From Actinomycetota bacterium (lineage in GTDB: Bacteria > Actinomycetota > UBA4738 > HRBIN12), in the NCBI GenBank assembly GCA_036519575.1, contig DATDKZ010000162.1, positions 1,628 through 65,627 on the forward strand: a stretch of DNA of 64,000 nt. Reading direction: 5' to 3'. The position numbers and the translations under genes were made by a program. How positions within the stretch are numbered: the first letter of the stretch is position 1; each line of letters opens with the position of its first letter. Below the pieces are notes generated by a model. That model ran no database searches. It saw nothing but the letters and a program-made list of their open reading frames with translations, and was not told the DNA's origin. This document shows positions 28,590 through 37,319 of the stretch, piece after piece.

Positions 28590-29297
28590 TCACCGCCGCG
28601 TCGTTGCGTTGGAGGGCTCCACATGCTCCGGGTCCATCGCGAACGGCGTCGGACCGATCCCCATCGAGACCGCGGCCATCGCGGCCTGCGTGCGATTGCT
28701 CACGCCGAGCTTCCGGAAGACCGCTGCGAGGTGCGCTTTCACGGTCTTCTCGGACAGGAACAGGGCCCGGGAGATGTCTCGGTTGCTCTTTCCCTCGGCC
28801 AGCAGAGCCAGGATGTCGGTCTCTCGCTGCGTGAGGCTGGTCGACGGACGGCTGTGCGTCTCGCTTTGGTCGCCGCTTCCTACCTCCATGGCGTCGAACA
28901 GGTTCTGGATGACCCTTGGCGACAGGACGTTGCCGCCACCTGAGATCGCCACCTTGATCGCTTGCTCCAGGTCCTCCGGCGTCGCGTCCTTCAGCAGGTA
29001 CCCGGCGGCGCCCTCAGCCAGGGCTCGCCGCACGTAATGCGCATGGTCGAACGTGGTGAGCACGATCACGGGCACCTTGGGCCATCTGGTCCGCAGATCG
29101 TGGAGCAGCTCGAGCCCGTCTGTGTTCGGCATCCGCACGTCTACGAGGGCGACGTCAACCGGGTCTGCCTCCATCACCCGAAGAGCTTCGTCCGCGCCCG
29201 CAGTCTCCTCGACGTCCGCTTCGCTGAAGCATTCGCGCACGACGTGAGCCATGCCGCGACGCACCAGCGCGTGATCGTCAACGATCATGATCCTCAA
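28590..29297 (-). CDS. LuxR/NarL-family response regulator
   Basis: REC (MIVDDHALVRRG…VALVDVRMP) plus LuxR HTH (TQRETDILALLAEGKSNRDISRALFLSEKTVKAH). Confidence 0.85.
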   Translation of the reverse strand: MRIMIVDDHALVRRGMAHVVRECFSEADVEETAGADEALRVMEADPVDVALVDVRMPNTDGLELLHDLRTRWPKVPVIVLTTFDHAHYVRRALAEGAAGYLLKDATPEDLEQAIKVAISGGGNVLSPRVIQNLFDAMEVGSGDQSETHSRPSTSLTQRETDILALLAEGKSNRDISRALFLSEKTVKAHLAAVFRKLGVSNRTQAAMAAVSMGIGPTPFAMDPEHVEPSNATTRR

Positions 29298-30265
29298 GGT
29301 TCGTCTCCTTGCTCGTCGACGGGTAGCCGGGCGACCACCCGAGTCCCGCGCCCAGGGGACGACTCGATGTCGACGGTGCCGCGCACCTCCGCCACCAGGC
29401 GTCGCATCATCTCCAGACCCAGATGGCCCTCCCCCGGCTCCTCCGGGGAGGCCTCAAAGCCTTGTCCCCGGTCTTCGACCTGCACCTCGATGCGCCGTGG
29501 GGTCGCTTGAACCCTCACAGCCACGTCCTTTGATGCCGAATGCTTGGCCGCGTTGGCCACCCCTTCCCGGATGACGGAGGAGGCCGCCTGGAGGATCGGA
29601 CCGTGAACGGCGCGGACGTCGCCCTCGATCGACCAGGAGGCGGGGAGCCGCCACCGCTCCAGCACCTTCTGCACGACCAGCTCGAGCGATTCCTCCTGGC
29701 GCGATCCGTCCTCCGACGATCCATCAGGCGACAGGGCGGCCAGCATCCGCCGGATCTCCTCCAGAGCTCGTCGGAGCTCGGTCGCCGCCTCGGCCAGAGC
29801 CGCCGTGGCCTGCGTGGGGTCGAGCTCGACCCGTCTTGCCATCCACTCCAGTTCGAGCACCGACGCCGTCACGACCTGCGTGAGCCCATCGTGGATTGCA
29901 TAGGCCCACCGGGTGCGCTCCTTCGCGTATGGATCGTCGAGTCCCTCCGAGGCGGAGGGTCTCCGGCCCGCGAGCGACGAAAGCATCCCTCGCAACGCGG
30001 CGACCGAGCGGACGGAAGACTTCGGAGTGAGGCGGGCGAACACCAGGTCGTCACCGCGCGGGCATGCGATCCAGCCCTCGGCCCGTCCTTCGAGCACATC
30101 GTCGAGGTGAAGGGGAAGCGGTCCCGACCCGGGTGTGGCCCACCAGGCGATCCTCCGAGAGGACTGGCCGGATCGCATGATGCCCACGGCGTCGAGGTTC
30201 AAGAGCTCGGCGAGGCGCCGGCATTCGGCGGCTTCGTCGGCCTCGTGGACGACAGCTGTCTCCAC
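29294..30265 (-). CDS. Cytoplasmic sensor histidine kinase (N-terminal GAF-like/unknown sensory domain, HisKA_3, HATPase)
   Basis: H-box RWAYAIHDGLTQ; G-boxes DRGQGF / GLGLEMM; no TM segment. GTG 30265 preceded by AAGGAAGGG. ATGA overlap with the regulator gene. Confidence 0.75.
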   Translation of the reverse strand: METAVVHEADEAAECRRLAELLNLDAVGIMRSGQSSRRIAWWATPGSGPLPLHLDDVLEGRAEGWIACPRGDDLVFARLTPKSSVRSVAALRGMLSSLAGRRPSASEGLDDPYAKERTRWAYAIHDGLTQVVTASVLELEWMARRVELDPTQATAALAEAATELRRALEEIRRMLAALSPDGSSEDGSRQEESLELVVQKVLERWRLPASWSIEGDVRAVHGPILQAASSVIREGVANAAKHSASKDVAVRVQATPRRIEVQVEDRGQGFEASPEEPGEGHLGLEMMRRLVAEVRGTVDIESSPGRGTRVVARLPVDEQGDEP

Positions 30266-30502
30266 CCGTTCCCTTCCTTCTCGGCCGGCACGGCCCACGG
30301 TCGTGCTGCCTGCCTCTCGCCCTTGATATCGCGGACGACACCGGGGGTCGTCCGTTCGACCAAGCCAAGCCGTTCGGTCTAGTTCTTCCTTCGGAAAGTT
30401 CAGGGGCGCGCTTGAACCGGCGCCCCGAGGCAACCGCGGCGATGGAAGTCGCGGGGGGGTCGGCGAGCGCGACCCGTCGGTCCAAGAGGACCAGGGAGGG
30501 GG

Positions 30503-32515
30503 CTACTCCGAAGGGACTAGGTGATCCCTCGACATGGCCAGGATCTGCGCGACGTCGGCTACTTCCACGTCGTCGCCCCGGGCCCGGGCTCCATCGTCCA
30601 ACATCACGAGGCAGAAGGGACAGGCCACACCGACCATGTCCGCGCCGGTGGAAGCGGCCTCGTCCATGCGCTCCCGGTTGATGCGCTTCCCGATCCGCTC
30701 CTCCATCCACATCCGGGCTCCCCCCGCACCGCAACACAGGCCCCGGGTCCCGTGGCGGGGCATCTCAACGGTCGACAGGCCGGGTACCGAATCCAGGAGC
30801 TGCCGCGGCTCCCCGTAGACGCCGTTGTGCCGCCCCAGGTAGCAGGGGTCGTGATAGGCGAGCAGGGCCCGCACCGGGCCCGTTGGTCGGAGGCGGCCGT
30901 CCTCGACCAGTTGGGCGAGCAGCTGGGTGTGATGGAGCACCTCGTACCGACCCCCATAGTCCGGGTACTCGTTGCGGAGCACGTTGAAGCAGTGAGGGCA
31001 GTTGGCCACGATCTTGGTGACTCCCGAGCCGTCGAGCGTGGCCACGTTCTGCTCCGCCAACGTCTGGAAAAGGTACTCGTTCCCGATGCGGCGAGCCGGG
31101 TCGCCGGTGCACAGCTCCTGCGGTCCAAGGATGGCGAAGGACACTCCGGCATCGCGGAGGAGGCCGGCCACGGCGCGCGAGACTCCGCGGGCTCGGTCGT
31201 CGAACGAGCCGGCGCATCCTACCCAGTAGATGAACTCCGGAGCTTGCTCGCCCGGGCCGAGCTGAGGCACATCCATCCCCTCGGCCCACGTCGCGCGCTG
31301 TGACTGGGGCTGACCCCACGGGTTCCCGGAAGTCTCCAGGTTCCGAAGGAGCTCGGCCGACTCGGGAGGGAATCGTGACTCACCCATCACCAGGTTCCGA
31401 CGGAGGTCGACGATGTGGTCGATGTGCTCGATGTCCACGGGACACTCCTGCATGCACGCGCCGCACGTCGTGCAGGCCCACACGACCTCTTCGTCCACGA
31501 TCTCTGGGACGAGCGGGGTCTTCCGGATATCGCCGGACGTCGTTCCGGCCTCGAGGATCTTCGGTCCTTCCTCGAACAGGTGGTCCCGGAGGTTCATGAT
31601 CAAGAGCTTCGGCGACAGCGGCTTGCCGGTGTTCCAAGCCGGACACGCGCTCTGACATCTCCCGCATTCGGTGCACGCGTAGAGGTCCAGGGCCTCCTTC
31701 CACGTGAGGTCCTCGACCGTCGCGGCGCCGAGCCGCATCTGGTCGGTGTCGGGCGCGTCCACGTCGATCCGGAGCGGCGTCAAGTACCCCCGGGGTTTGG
31801 TGTTCGAGAAGAACACGTTGATCGAACTGGTGAAGATGTGCAGGTGCTTCGAATACGGGATGTAGACCAGGAACCCCAGGATGAGCAGGAGATGTGTCCA
31901 CAGGAAGAACGGCTCGTAGAGACGAAGCACCGTCGGGGTCATGGGCTCGAACACGCGAGCGAGCCCGCGCGAGAGGGGTGTCCACGTGGGGTCGGCCTCG
32001 GCGATGCCCCGGGCGATCCGGATCGCGTTCAGCGCGAACAGCGTGAGCATGATGCCGAGGATCCACACCAGGATGAGGTCCGCCTCCTGCATGTGGCTGC
32101 CCACGAACCGCTCCGGGCGTTGGACCTTGCGGATGGCGAAGGCCATGAGGACCCCGATCACGACCAGGAGGGCGAACAGGTCCTGGAGAAGCCCGAGCCA
32201 CCCGCTGCGACCGATCAACGGCAGGGCGAAATCCGGCTCGACTGCCTGCCCCATGGCTTCGATGATCGTGGTCAGAAGCACCAGGAAGCCCCAGAAGATG
32301 AGCGCGTGCATCACCCCGGGCAGGAGGCGCTGGAGAAGCTTTCGCTGGCCGAGCACGACGGTCACCTCGCGCTCCACCCTCACCGGCACGTCGCGCGTTC
32401 GATCCACGGCCCGGCCCAGACGCACCAGCCCGTACAGCAGGCGGGCGCGCCGGGCGAAGAGTCCCGCCGCAGCGGCAACGAGGGCCAGGAGGATCGCCGC
32501 AGGCAGGAGCATCAA
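30503..32515 (-). CDS. Membrane-bound Fe-S oxidoreductase (NarI-like heme-b membrane domain fused to HdrD/GlpC-like domain; mycobacterial Rv0338c-type)
   Basis: 670 aa: 5-6 N-terminal TM helices, CxxCxxCxxxCP ferredoxin motifs (CTECGRCQSACP, CTTCGACMQECP), C-terminal Cys-rich CCG repeats. Confidence 0.7.
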   Translation of the reverse strand: MMLLPAAILLALVAAAAGLFARRARLLYGLVRLGRAVDRTRDVPVRVEREVTVVLGQRKLLQRLLPGVMHALIFWGFLVLLTTIIEAMGQAVEPDFALPLIGRSGWLGLLQDLFALLVVIGVLMAFAIRKVQRPERFVGSHMQEADLILVWILGIMLTLFALNAIRIARGIAEADPTWTPLSRGLARVFEPMTPTVLRLYEPFFLWTHLLLILGFLVYIPYSKHLHIFTSSINVFFSNTKPRGYLTPLRIDVDAPDTDQMRLGAATVEDLTWKEALDLYACTECGRCQSACPAWNTGKPLSPKLLIMNLRDHLFEEGPKILEAGTTSGDIRKTPLVPEIVDEEVVWACTTCGACMQECPVDIEHIDHIVDLRRNLVMGESRFPPESAELLRNLETSGNPWGQPQSQRATWAEGMDVPQLGPGEQAPEFIYWVGCAGSFDDRARGVSRAVAGLLRDAGVSFAILGPQELCTGDPARRIGNEYLFQTLAEQNVATLDGSGVTKIVANCPHCFNVLRNEYPDYGGRYEVLHHTQLLAQLVEDGRLRPTGPVRALLAYHDPCYLGRHNGVYGEPRQLLDSVPGLSTVEMPRHGTRGLCCGAGGARMWMEERIGKRINRERMDEAASTGADMVGVACPFCLVMLDDGARARGDDVEVADVAQILAMSRDHLVPSE

Positions 32516-32660
32516 TTGGCGAGTGTATATGCGGAGCCGACGGCAGGTTCACCTCCCTTGGGGCGCCTCCCCGGGCCTTGCCGCCCACCCGAGGGCCCCT
32601 TGCCCTCCGCGGTGTTCAGTGCTCAGACCTCATGCCCGTCACAGTCTGGTCATGCCTAAC

Positions 32661-32721
32661 CTTGACACTAAAGGACTCAGACTTTATTCTGCGATTCAGA
32701 TCAAGAACTTACTCAGGAGGG
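32661..32721 (+). promoter_or_regulatory. dnaK promoter/operator: -35 TTGACA (32662-67), 17-nt spacer, -10 TATTCT (32685-90); HAIR-like IR CTTGACA-N7-ACTCAGA (32661-81); RBS AGGAGGG (32715-21)
   Basis: Read directly. The IR resembles the HspR operator consensus CTTGAGT-N7-ACTCAAG (5/7 and 5/7), and hspR is the last gene of the operon. Confidence 0.45.
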
Positions 32722-32728
32722 TTCACTC

Positions 32729-34576
32729 ATGCCACGAGCGGTAGGAATCGACCTGGGGACGACCAACTCCGTGGTGTCCGTCCTGGAGGCGGGCGAGCCG
32801 GTGGTCATCCCCAATGCGGAGGGCTCCCGGACCACCCCATCGGTGGTCGGGTTCTCAAGGAACGGCGAGATCCTGGTCGGTGAGGTCGCGAAGCGTCAGG
32901 CCATCACCAACCCGGACCGGACCGTGCGTTCCGTGAAGCGCGAGATGGGCCGGAAGGACTGGAACGTCGAGGTCGACGGGAAGCGTTGGACTCCTCAGGA
33001 GATCTCCGCCCAGATCCTGACGAAGTTGAAGCGGGACGCCGAGGCCTACCTGGGCGATTCGGTCGCACAGGCTGTCATCACCGTCCCCGCCTACTTCGAC
33101 GACGCGCAGCGCCAGGCCACCAAGGAAGCGGGCCAGATCGCAGGCCTGGAGGTCCTTCGGATCATCAACGAGCCGACCGCGGCCTCCCTCGCCTACGGCC
33201 TGGACAAGCAACACGATCAGACCATCCTCGTGTTCGACCTGGGCGGCGGGACGTTCGACGTGTCGCTGCTGGAGATCGGCGAGGGGGTCTTCGAGGTCAA
33301 GGCCACGCATGGCGACACGCACCTCGGTGGCGACGACTGGGATCAGCGGGTCATCGACTGGATGGTGAGGGAGTTCAAGAACGCTCACGGCGTGGACCTG
33401 GCGGCCGACCGCATGGCCCTCCAGCGGCTGAAGGAGGCCGCCGAGAAGGCGAAGATCGAGCTGTCCCAAGTGGCAGAGACCACGATCAACCTCCCGTTCG
33501 TCACCGCGACGGCGGAGGGTCCGCTGCACCTGGAGATGAAGCTCACCCGATCGGAGTTCGAGCGCATGACCGCCGACCTGGTCGAGCGGACCGAGGGGCC
33601 ATTCCGCCAGGCCGTGAAGGATTGGGGCAAGGACGTCTCGGCCATCGACCACGTGATCCTGGTCGGCGGGGCCACGCGCATGCCGATGATCCAGGACCTG
33701 ATCCGCAAGCTCACCGGCGGCCAGGAGCCGCACAAGGGAGTGAACCCCGACGAGGTCGTCGCGGTCGGCGCCGCCGTCCAGGCGGGCGTGCTGAAGGGCG
33801 ACGTCAAGGACATCCTGCTCCTCGACGTCACGCCGCTCACGCTCGGCGTGGAGACGAAGGGCGGGATCTTCACCAAGCTCATTGAGCGGAACACGACCAT
33901 CCCCACCCGCAAGAGCGAGATCTTCACGACCGCGGACGACAACCAGACCACGGTCGAGATCCACGTCCTCCAGGGCGAGGCCGAGACCGTGTTCTCGCCG
34001 GGCGTGCGTTCGCTCGGGAAGTTCCACCTGATGGGCATCCCGCCGGCGCCCCGCGGCATGCCGCAGATCGAGGTGGCGTTCGACATCGACGCGAACGGGA
34101 TCGCGAACGTCTCCGCCAAGGACCTGGCCACCGGCAAGGAGCAGCAGATGACTATCACCGGGGGTACGGCCCTGTCGAAGGACGACATCGACCGCATGGT
34201 CAAGGACGCGGAGAAGTTCGCGGCCGAGGACCACACGCGGCGGGAGGCGGCCGAAGCCCGGAACGCCGGGGACCAGCTCAGCTACCAGATCGACCGGTCG
34301 CTCCAGGAGTGGGGCGACAAGGTCCCAGAAGGCGACCGTGAGGAGCTCAAGAAGACGAATGACGAGCTCAAGGAGGCGCTGAAGGGGGAGGACGTCGCGC
34401 GGATCCGTTCGGCGACGGAGGCCACCATGCAGGTCTTCCAGCGCATCGGCCAGGCCATGTATCAGCAGACCCAGGCTCAGGCCGGACCGCAGCAGGGCCC
34501 GGCCGAGAGCGCGCCCCAGGGCGGCGAGGGAGATGTCGTCGAGGGCGAGATCGTGGACGAGGGAAGCGGTTCATGA
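32729..34576 (+). CDS. dnaK: Molecular chaperone DnaK (Hsp70)
   Basis: 615 aa with canonical Hsp70 motifs IDLGTTNS and DLGGGTFD. Confidence 0.95.
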   Translation: MPRAVGIDLGTTNSVVSVLEAGEPVVIPNAEGSRTTPSVVGFSRNGEILVGEVAKRQAITNPDRTVRSVKREMGRKDWNVEVDGKRWTPQEISAQILTKLKRDAEAYLGDSVAQAVITVPAYFDDAQRQATKEAGQIAGLEVLRIINEPTAASLAYGLDKQHDQTILVFDLGGGTFDVSLLEIGEGVFEVKATHGDTHLGGDDWDQRVIDWMVREFKNAHGVDLAADRMALQRLKEAAEKAKIELSQVAETTINLPFVTATAEGPLHLEMKLTRSEFERMTADLVERTEGPFRQAVKDWGKDVSAIDHVILVGGATRMPMIQDLIRKLTGGQEPHKGVNPDEVVAVGAAVQAGVLKGDVKDILLLDVTPLTLGVETKGGIFTKLIERNTTIPTRKSEIFTTADDNQTTVEIHVLQGEAETVFSPGVRSLGKFHLMGIPPAPRGMPQIEVAFDIDANGIANVSAKDLATGKEQQMTITGGTALSKDDIDRMVKDAEKFAAEDHTRREAAEARNAGDQLSYQIDRSLQEWGDKVPEGDREELKKTNDELKEALKGEDVARIRSATEATMQVFQRIGQAMYQQTQAQAGPQQGPAESAPQGGEGDVVEGEIVDEGSGS

Positions 34577-35181
34577 GCGAGAACGACCGCACCGGCGAGC
34601 GCCCGGCCGCCCGGCCCAAGGTCAAGGTCACCGATCGCCGGCGAGTCCGCCAGGAGGAGGCCGCTCCGCCGACGCCTCCGTCGACCCCCTCGGACACGCC
34701 GGAGTCGGGAAACCGGCCGTCCACCCCGGAGCCGGAGCTCGCGGTGGCCCGCAAGGAGGCCGCCGAGTATCGGGATCACCTGATGCGCCTGCAGGCCGAG
34801 TTCGCCAACTACCGTAAGCGCGTCCTGAAGGAACAGACCCGGGCCCTGGAGCTCGCCGCCGAGCCGATCGTCCGACGGATGCTCGAGGTTCTCGACGAGT
34901 TCGAGCTCGCCCTGATGGCGGCCGAGCAGCGGCCGGACTTCGAGAAGTTCCTCCACGGCGTCGAGCTCGTGTACGCGAAGCTCGTCGAGACACTCAAGTC
35001 CGAGGGACTCGAGCGGATCGACGCCGAGGGCAAGCCGTTCGACCCGGAACGCCACGAGGCCCTCATGGGGTCGGGCGCCGGCGACGGCGAGCCCGTGGTT
35101 GCCGACGTCCTCCGCCAGGGCTATGTGCTGAAGGGTCGGGTCGTCCGCCCCGCGGGCGTGCGCGTCACGCACGAGCGCTGA
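34573..35181 (+). CDS. grpE: Nucleotide exchange factor GrpE
   Basis: 202 aa coiled-coil protein overlapping the dnaK stop (ATGA), with GrpE C-terminal beta domain. Confidence 0.9.
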   Translation: MSENDRTGERPAARPKVKVTDRRRVRQEEAAPPTPPSTPSDTPESGNRPSTPEPELAVARKEAAEYRDHLMRLQAEFANYRKRVLKEQTRALELAAEPIVRRMLEVLDEFELALMAAEQRPDFEKFLHGVELVYAKLVETLKSEGLERIDAEGKPFDPERHEALMGSGAGDGEPVVADVLRQGYVLKGRVVRPAGVRVTHER

Positions 35182-35192
35182 GGGGGTCGCCG

Positions 35193-36332
35193 ATGAACGG
35201 CGACGTCCGGCGTGAGTGGTTCGACAAGGACTACTACCAGATCCTCGGCGTGGCGAAGAACGCGTCGCAGCCGGAGATCAAGAAGGCATACCGCAAGCTC
35301 GCGCAGCAGTACCACCCCGACGCCAACGCCGGAGACAAGTCCGCCGAGGAGCGGTTCAAGGAGATCTCGGCGGCCTACGACGTCGTCGGCGACGAGGACA
35401 AGCGCAAGCAATACGACCAGGTCCGGGACATGGCCGCCTCGGGCTTCGGAGCCGGCGGCTTCCCCGGTGGGGGCCGCCCGGGATCCGGAGGAAGGGTCCG
35501 GGTCGAGGACTTCGGGTTCGGCGACGTCGGCGACCTGGGGGACCTGTTCAGCGTGTTCACCGGCCGGGGCCGGGGGGAGCGGGCGGCTGCACGCGGCGCC
35601 GACCTCGAGACGGAGGTTCGGGTCTCCTTCGACGAGGCCATGCGTGGGACCACGGTTCCGGTGCGCATCCAGGGGCCCGCGCCATGTCCAACCTGCGGGG
35701 GGTCGGGCGCTGAGCCGGGGACGACGCCCGTCACCTGTCCCCAGTGCGGTGGCCTGGGATCGGTCAGCGTCAACCAGGGGTTCTTCCAGATGTCGCAGAC
35801 CTGTCCTCGGTGCCGGGGTGCCGGTCGCATCGTGGAGCACCCTTGCTCGACGTGCCGAGGCTCGGGCAGCGTCCGGACGACGCGCAGTTTCCAGGTGAAG
35901 GTCCCGGCCGGCGTGAGAGACGGAGCCCGGATCCGGCTCTCGGGCCGCGGCGAGGCCGGACCCCCGGGCGGGTCTGCCGGCGATCTGTACGTCGTCGTGC
36001 ACGTCGCGCCGCACAAGCTGTTCGGACGGAAGGGCAGCGACCTCACCCTCGCGCTCCCCATCACGTTTGCCGAGGCGGCCCTGGGCGCGAACGTCGACGT
36101 TCCCACCCTGAACGGGCCGGTGACGCTCAAGATCCCCTCGGGCACGCAGTCGGGCAGGACTTTCCGGATCCGGGGCAAGGGCGCGCCGAGGAAGGGCGGC
36201 CACGGCGACCTGCTGGTCACTGTGAACGTGGAGGTGCCGCAGCGGTTGTCGCGCGACGAGAAGCACCTGCTGAGGCAGCTCCAGGATGCGGAGCGCGACT
36301 CGCCTCGCAGAGGTCTCGGGGTCGACGCGTAG
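35193..36332 (+). CDS. dnaJ: Chaperone DnaJ (Hsp40)
   Basis: J-domain KDYYQILGV…HPD, Gly-rich linker, four CxxCxGxG zinc-finger repeats. Confidence 0.9.
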   Translation: MNGDVRREWFDKDYYQILGVAKNASQPEIKKAYRKLAQQYHPDANAGDKSAEERFKEISAAYDVVGDEDKRKQYDQVRDMAASGFGAGGFPGGGRPGSGGRVRVEDFGFGDVGDLGDLFSVFTGRGRGERAAARGADLETEVRVSFDEAMRGTTVPVRIQGPAPCPTCGGSGAEPGTTPVTCPQCGGLGSVSVNQGFFQMSQTCPRCRGAGRIVEHPCSTCRGSGSVRTTRSFQVKVPAGVRDGARIRLSGRGEAGPPGGSAGDLYVVVHVAPHKLFGRKGSDLTLALPITFAEAALGANVDVPTLNGPVTLKIPSGTQSGRTFRIRGKGAPRKGGHGDLLVTVNVEVPQRLSRDEKHLLRQLQDAERDSPRRGLGVDA

Positions 36333-36348
36333 GGGAGGAGCGGAGTCC

Positions 36349-36774
36349 ATGACAGCGCGAGGGAATAGAAGCGACCGGGCGGAAGACCGAGCGGTCTACA
36401 TCATCAGCGTCGCGGCGGAGCTCGCGGGCGTGCATCCACAGACGCTTCGCATCTACGAGCGGAAGGGCCTGCTGAGTCCCAAGCGGACGTCGGGCAACAC
36501 CCGCCGGTATTCCGAGCGAGATATCGACAGGCTCCAGATGATCCAGGCGCTTACGCAAGGCCAGGGGATCAACCTGGCGGGTGTGAAGATGATCATGGAG
36601 CTCGAGGCGCAGTTGGAGGACCTTCGGCGGCGGGCGGTGGAGCTGGAGGCCGAGCTCCGGCGGGTTCGCCGGGGGCGTCCCGTCGCGCTCGGCCCGTCCT
36701 CTGCGACCGTGGATATCGTGCCGCTTCGCACGCTCTCGGCGTTCCCCTGGCTGAGCGGGAGCCCGTCTCGGTGA
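36349..36774 (+). CDS. hspR: MerR-family heat-shock repressor HspR
   Basis: MerR HTH ([27 protein letters not shown]) plus coiled-coil; terminal gene of the dnaK operon. Confidence 0.85.
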   Translation: MTARGNRSDRAEDRAVYIISVAAELAGVHPQTLRIYERKGLLSPKRTSGNTRRYSERDIDRLQMIQALTQGQGINLAGVKMIMELEAQLEDLRRRAVELEAELRRVRRGRPVALGPSSATVDIVPLRTLSAFPWLSGSPSR

Positions 36775-37319
36775 TCGTCCTTTCGGGAGCGCGCGTGCGC
36801 TTGCGTCCGCTTCGGTCCGAGGAGTTCGAGGTGCTGCGATCCGCCAGGCAGCGGGCGGATGCCAGCGCGTCCCCCGCAAGCTTGGGCGACCAGGAGCTCC
36901 GCGAGCGCATCGAGCTCTCCGGAACGCTGACGGGCTGGGGTCTGGTCCTGGGTATCGAGGCGGATGGTGTCCTCGTCGGCCAGATCCAGGCCTACCGGGC
37001 CCAGTTGCCGCAAGGAGTATTCGGCATCGGGATCGAGCTGTTCGACCAGGACGACCGGGGCAAGGGATACGGCACGGAAGCGGTGGCCATGCTCGTCCGG
37101 CACCTGTTCGACCGGGAAGAGGCGCGGCGGGTCGAGGGGGGCACGACGACGGAAAACGCCGCCATGCGCCACCTGTTCGAACGAGTGGGTTTCCGGGAGG
37201 AAGGCGTGCAACGCCAGTTCCTCCCGGCGGCCGACGGTGGGGGCGCCGATTGTGTGATGTACGGGATGACAAGGACCGATTACGAGGGAGTGAGGGACTA
37301 TTGGATCCGAACAAGCTGA
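36771..37319 (+). CDS. GNAT-family N-acetyltransferase
   Basis: 182 aa; acetyl-CoA pocket [13 protein letters not shown]; start overlaps the hspR stop. Confidence 0.7.
   Translation: MIVLSGARVRLRPLRSEEFEVLRSARQRADASASPASLGDQELRERIELSGTLTGWGLVLGIEADGVLVGQIQAYRAQLPQGVFGIGIELFDQDDRGKGYGTEAVAMLVRHLFDREEARRVEGGTTTENAAMRHLFERVGFREEGVQRQFLPAADGGGADCVMYGMTRTDYEGVRDYWIRTS

Noticed and set aside
32516-32728. A CIRCE/HrcA operator upstream of dnaK was looked for
   Set aside because: No TTAGCACTC-N9-GAGTGCTAA-like element is present. The inverted repeat found instead fits the HspR/HAIR type, and hspR is in the operon.
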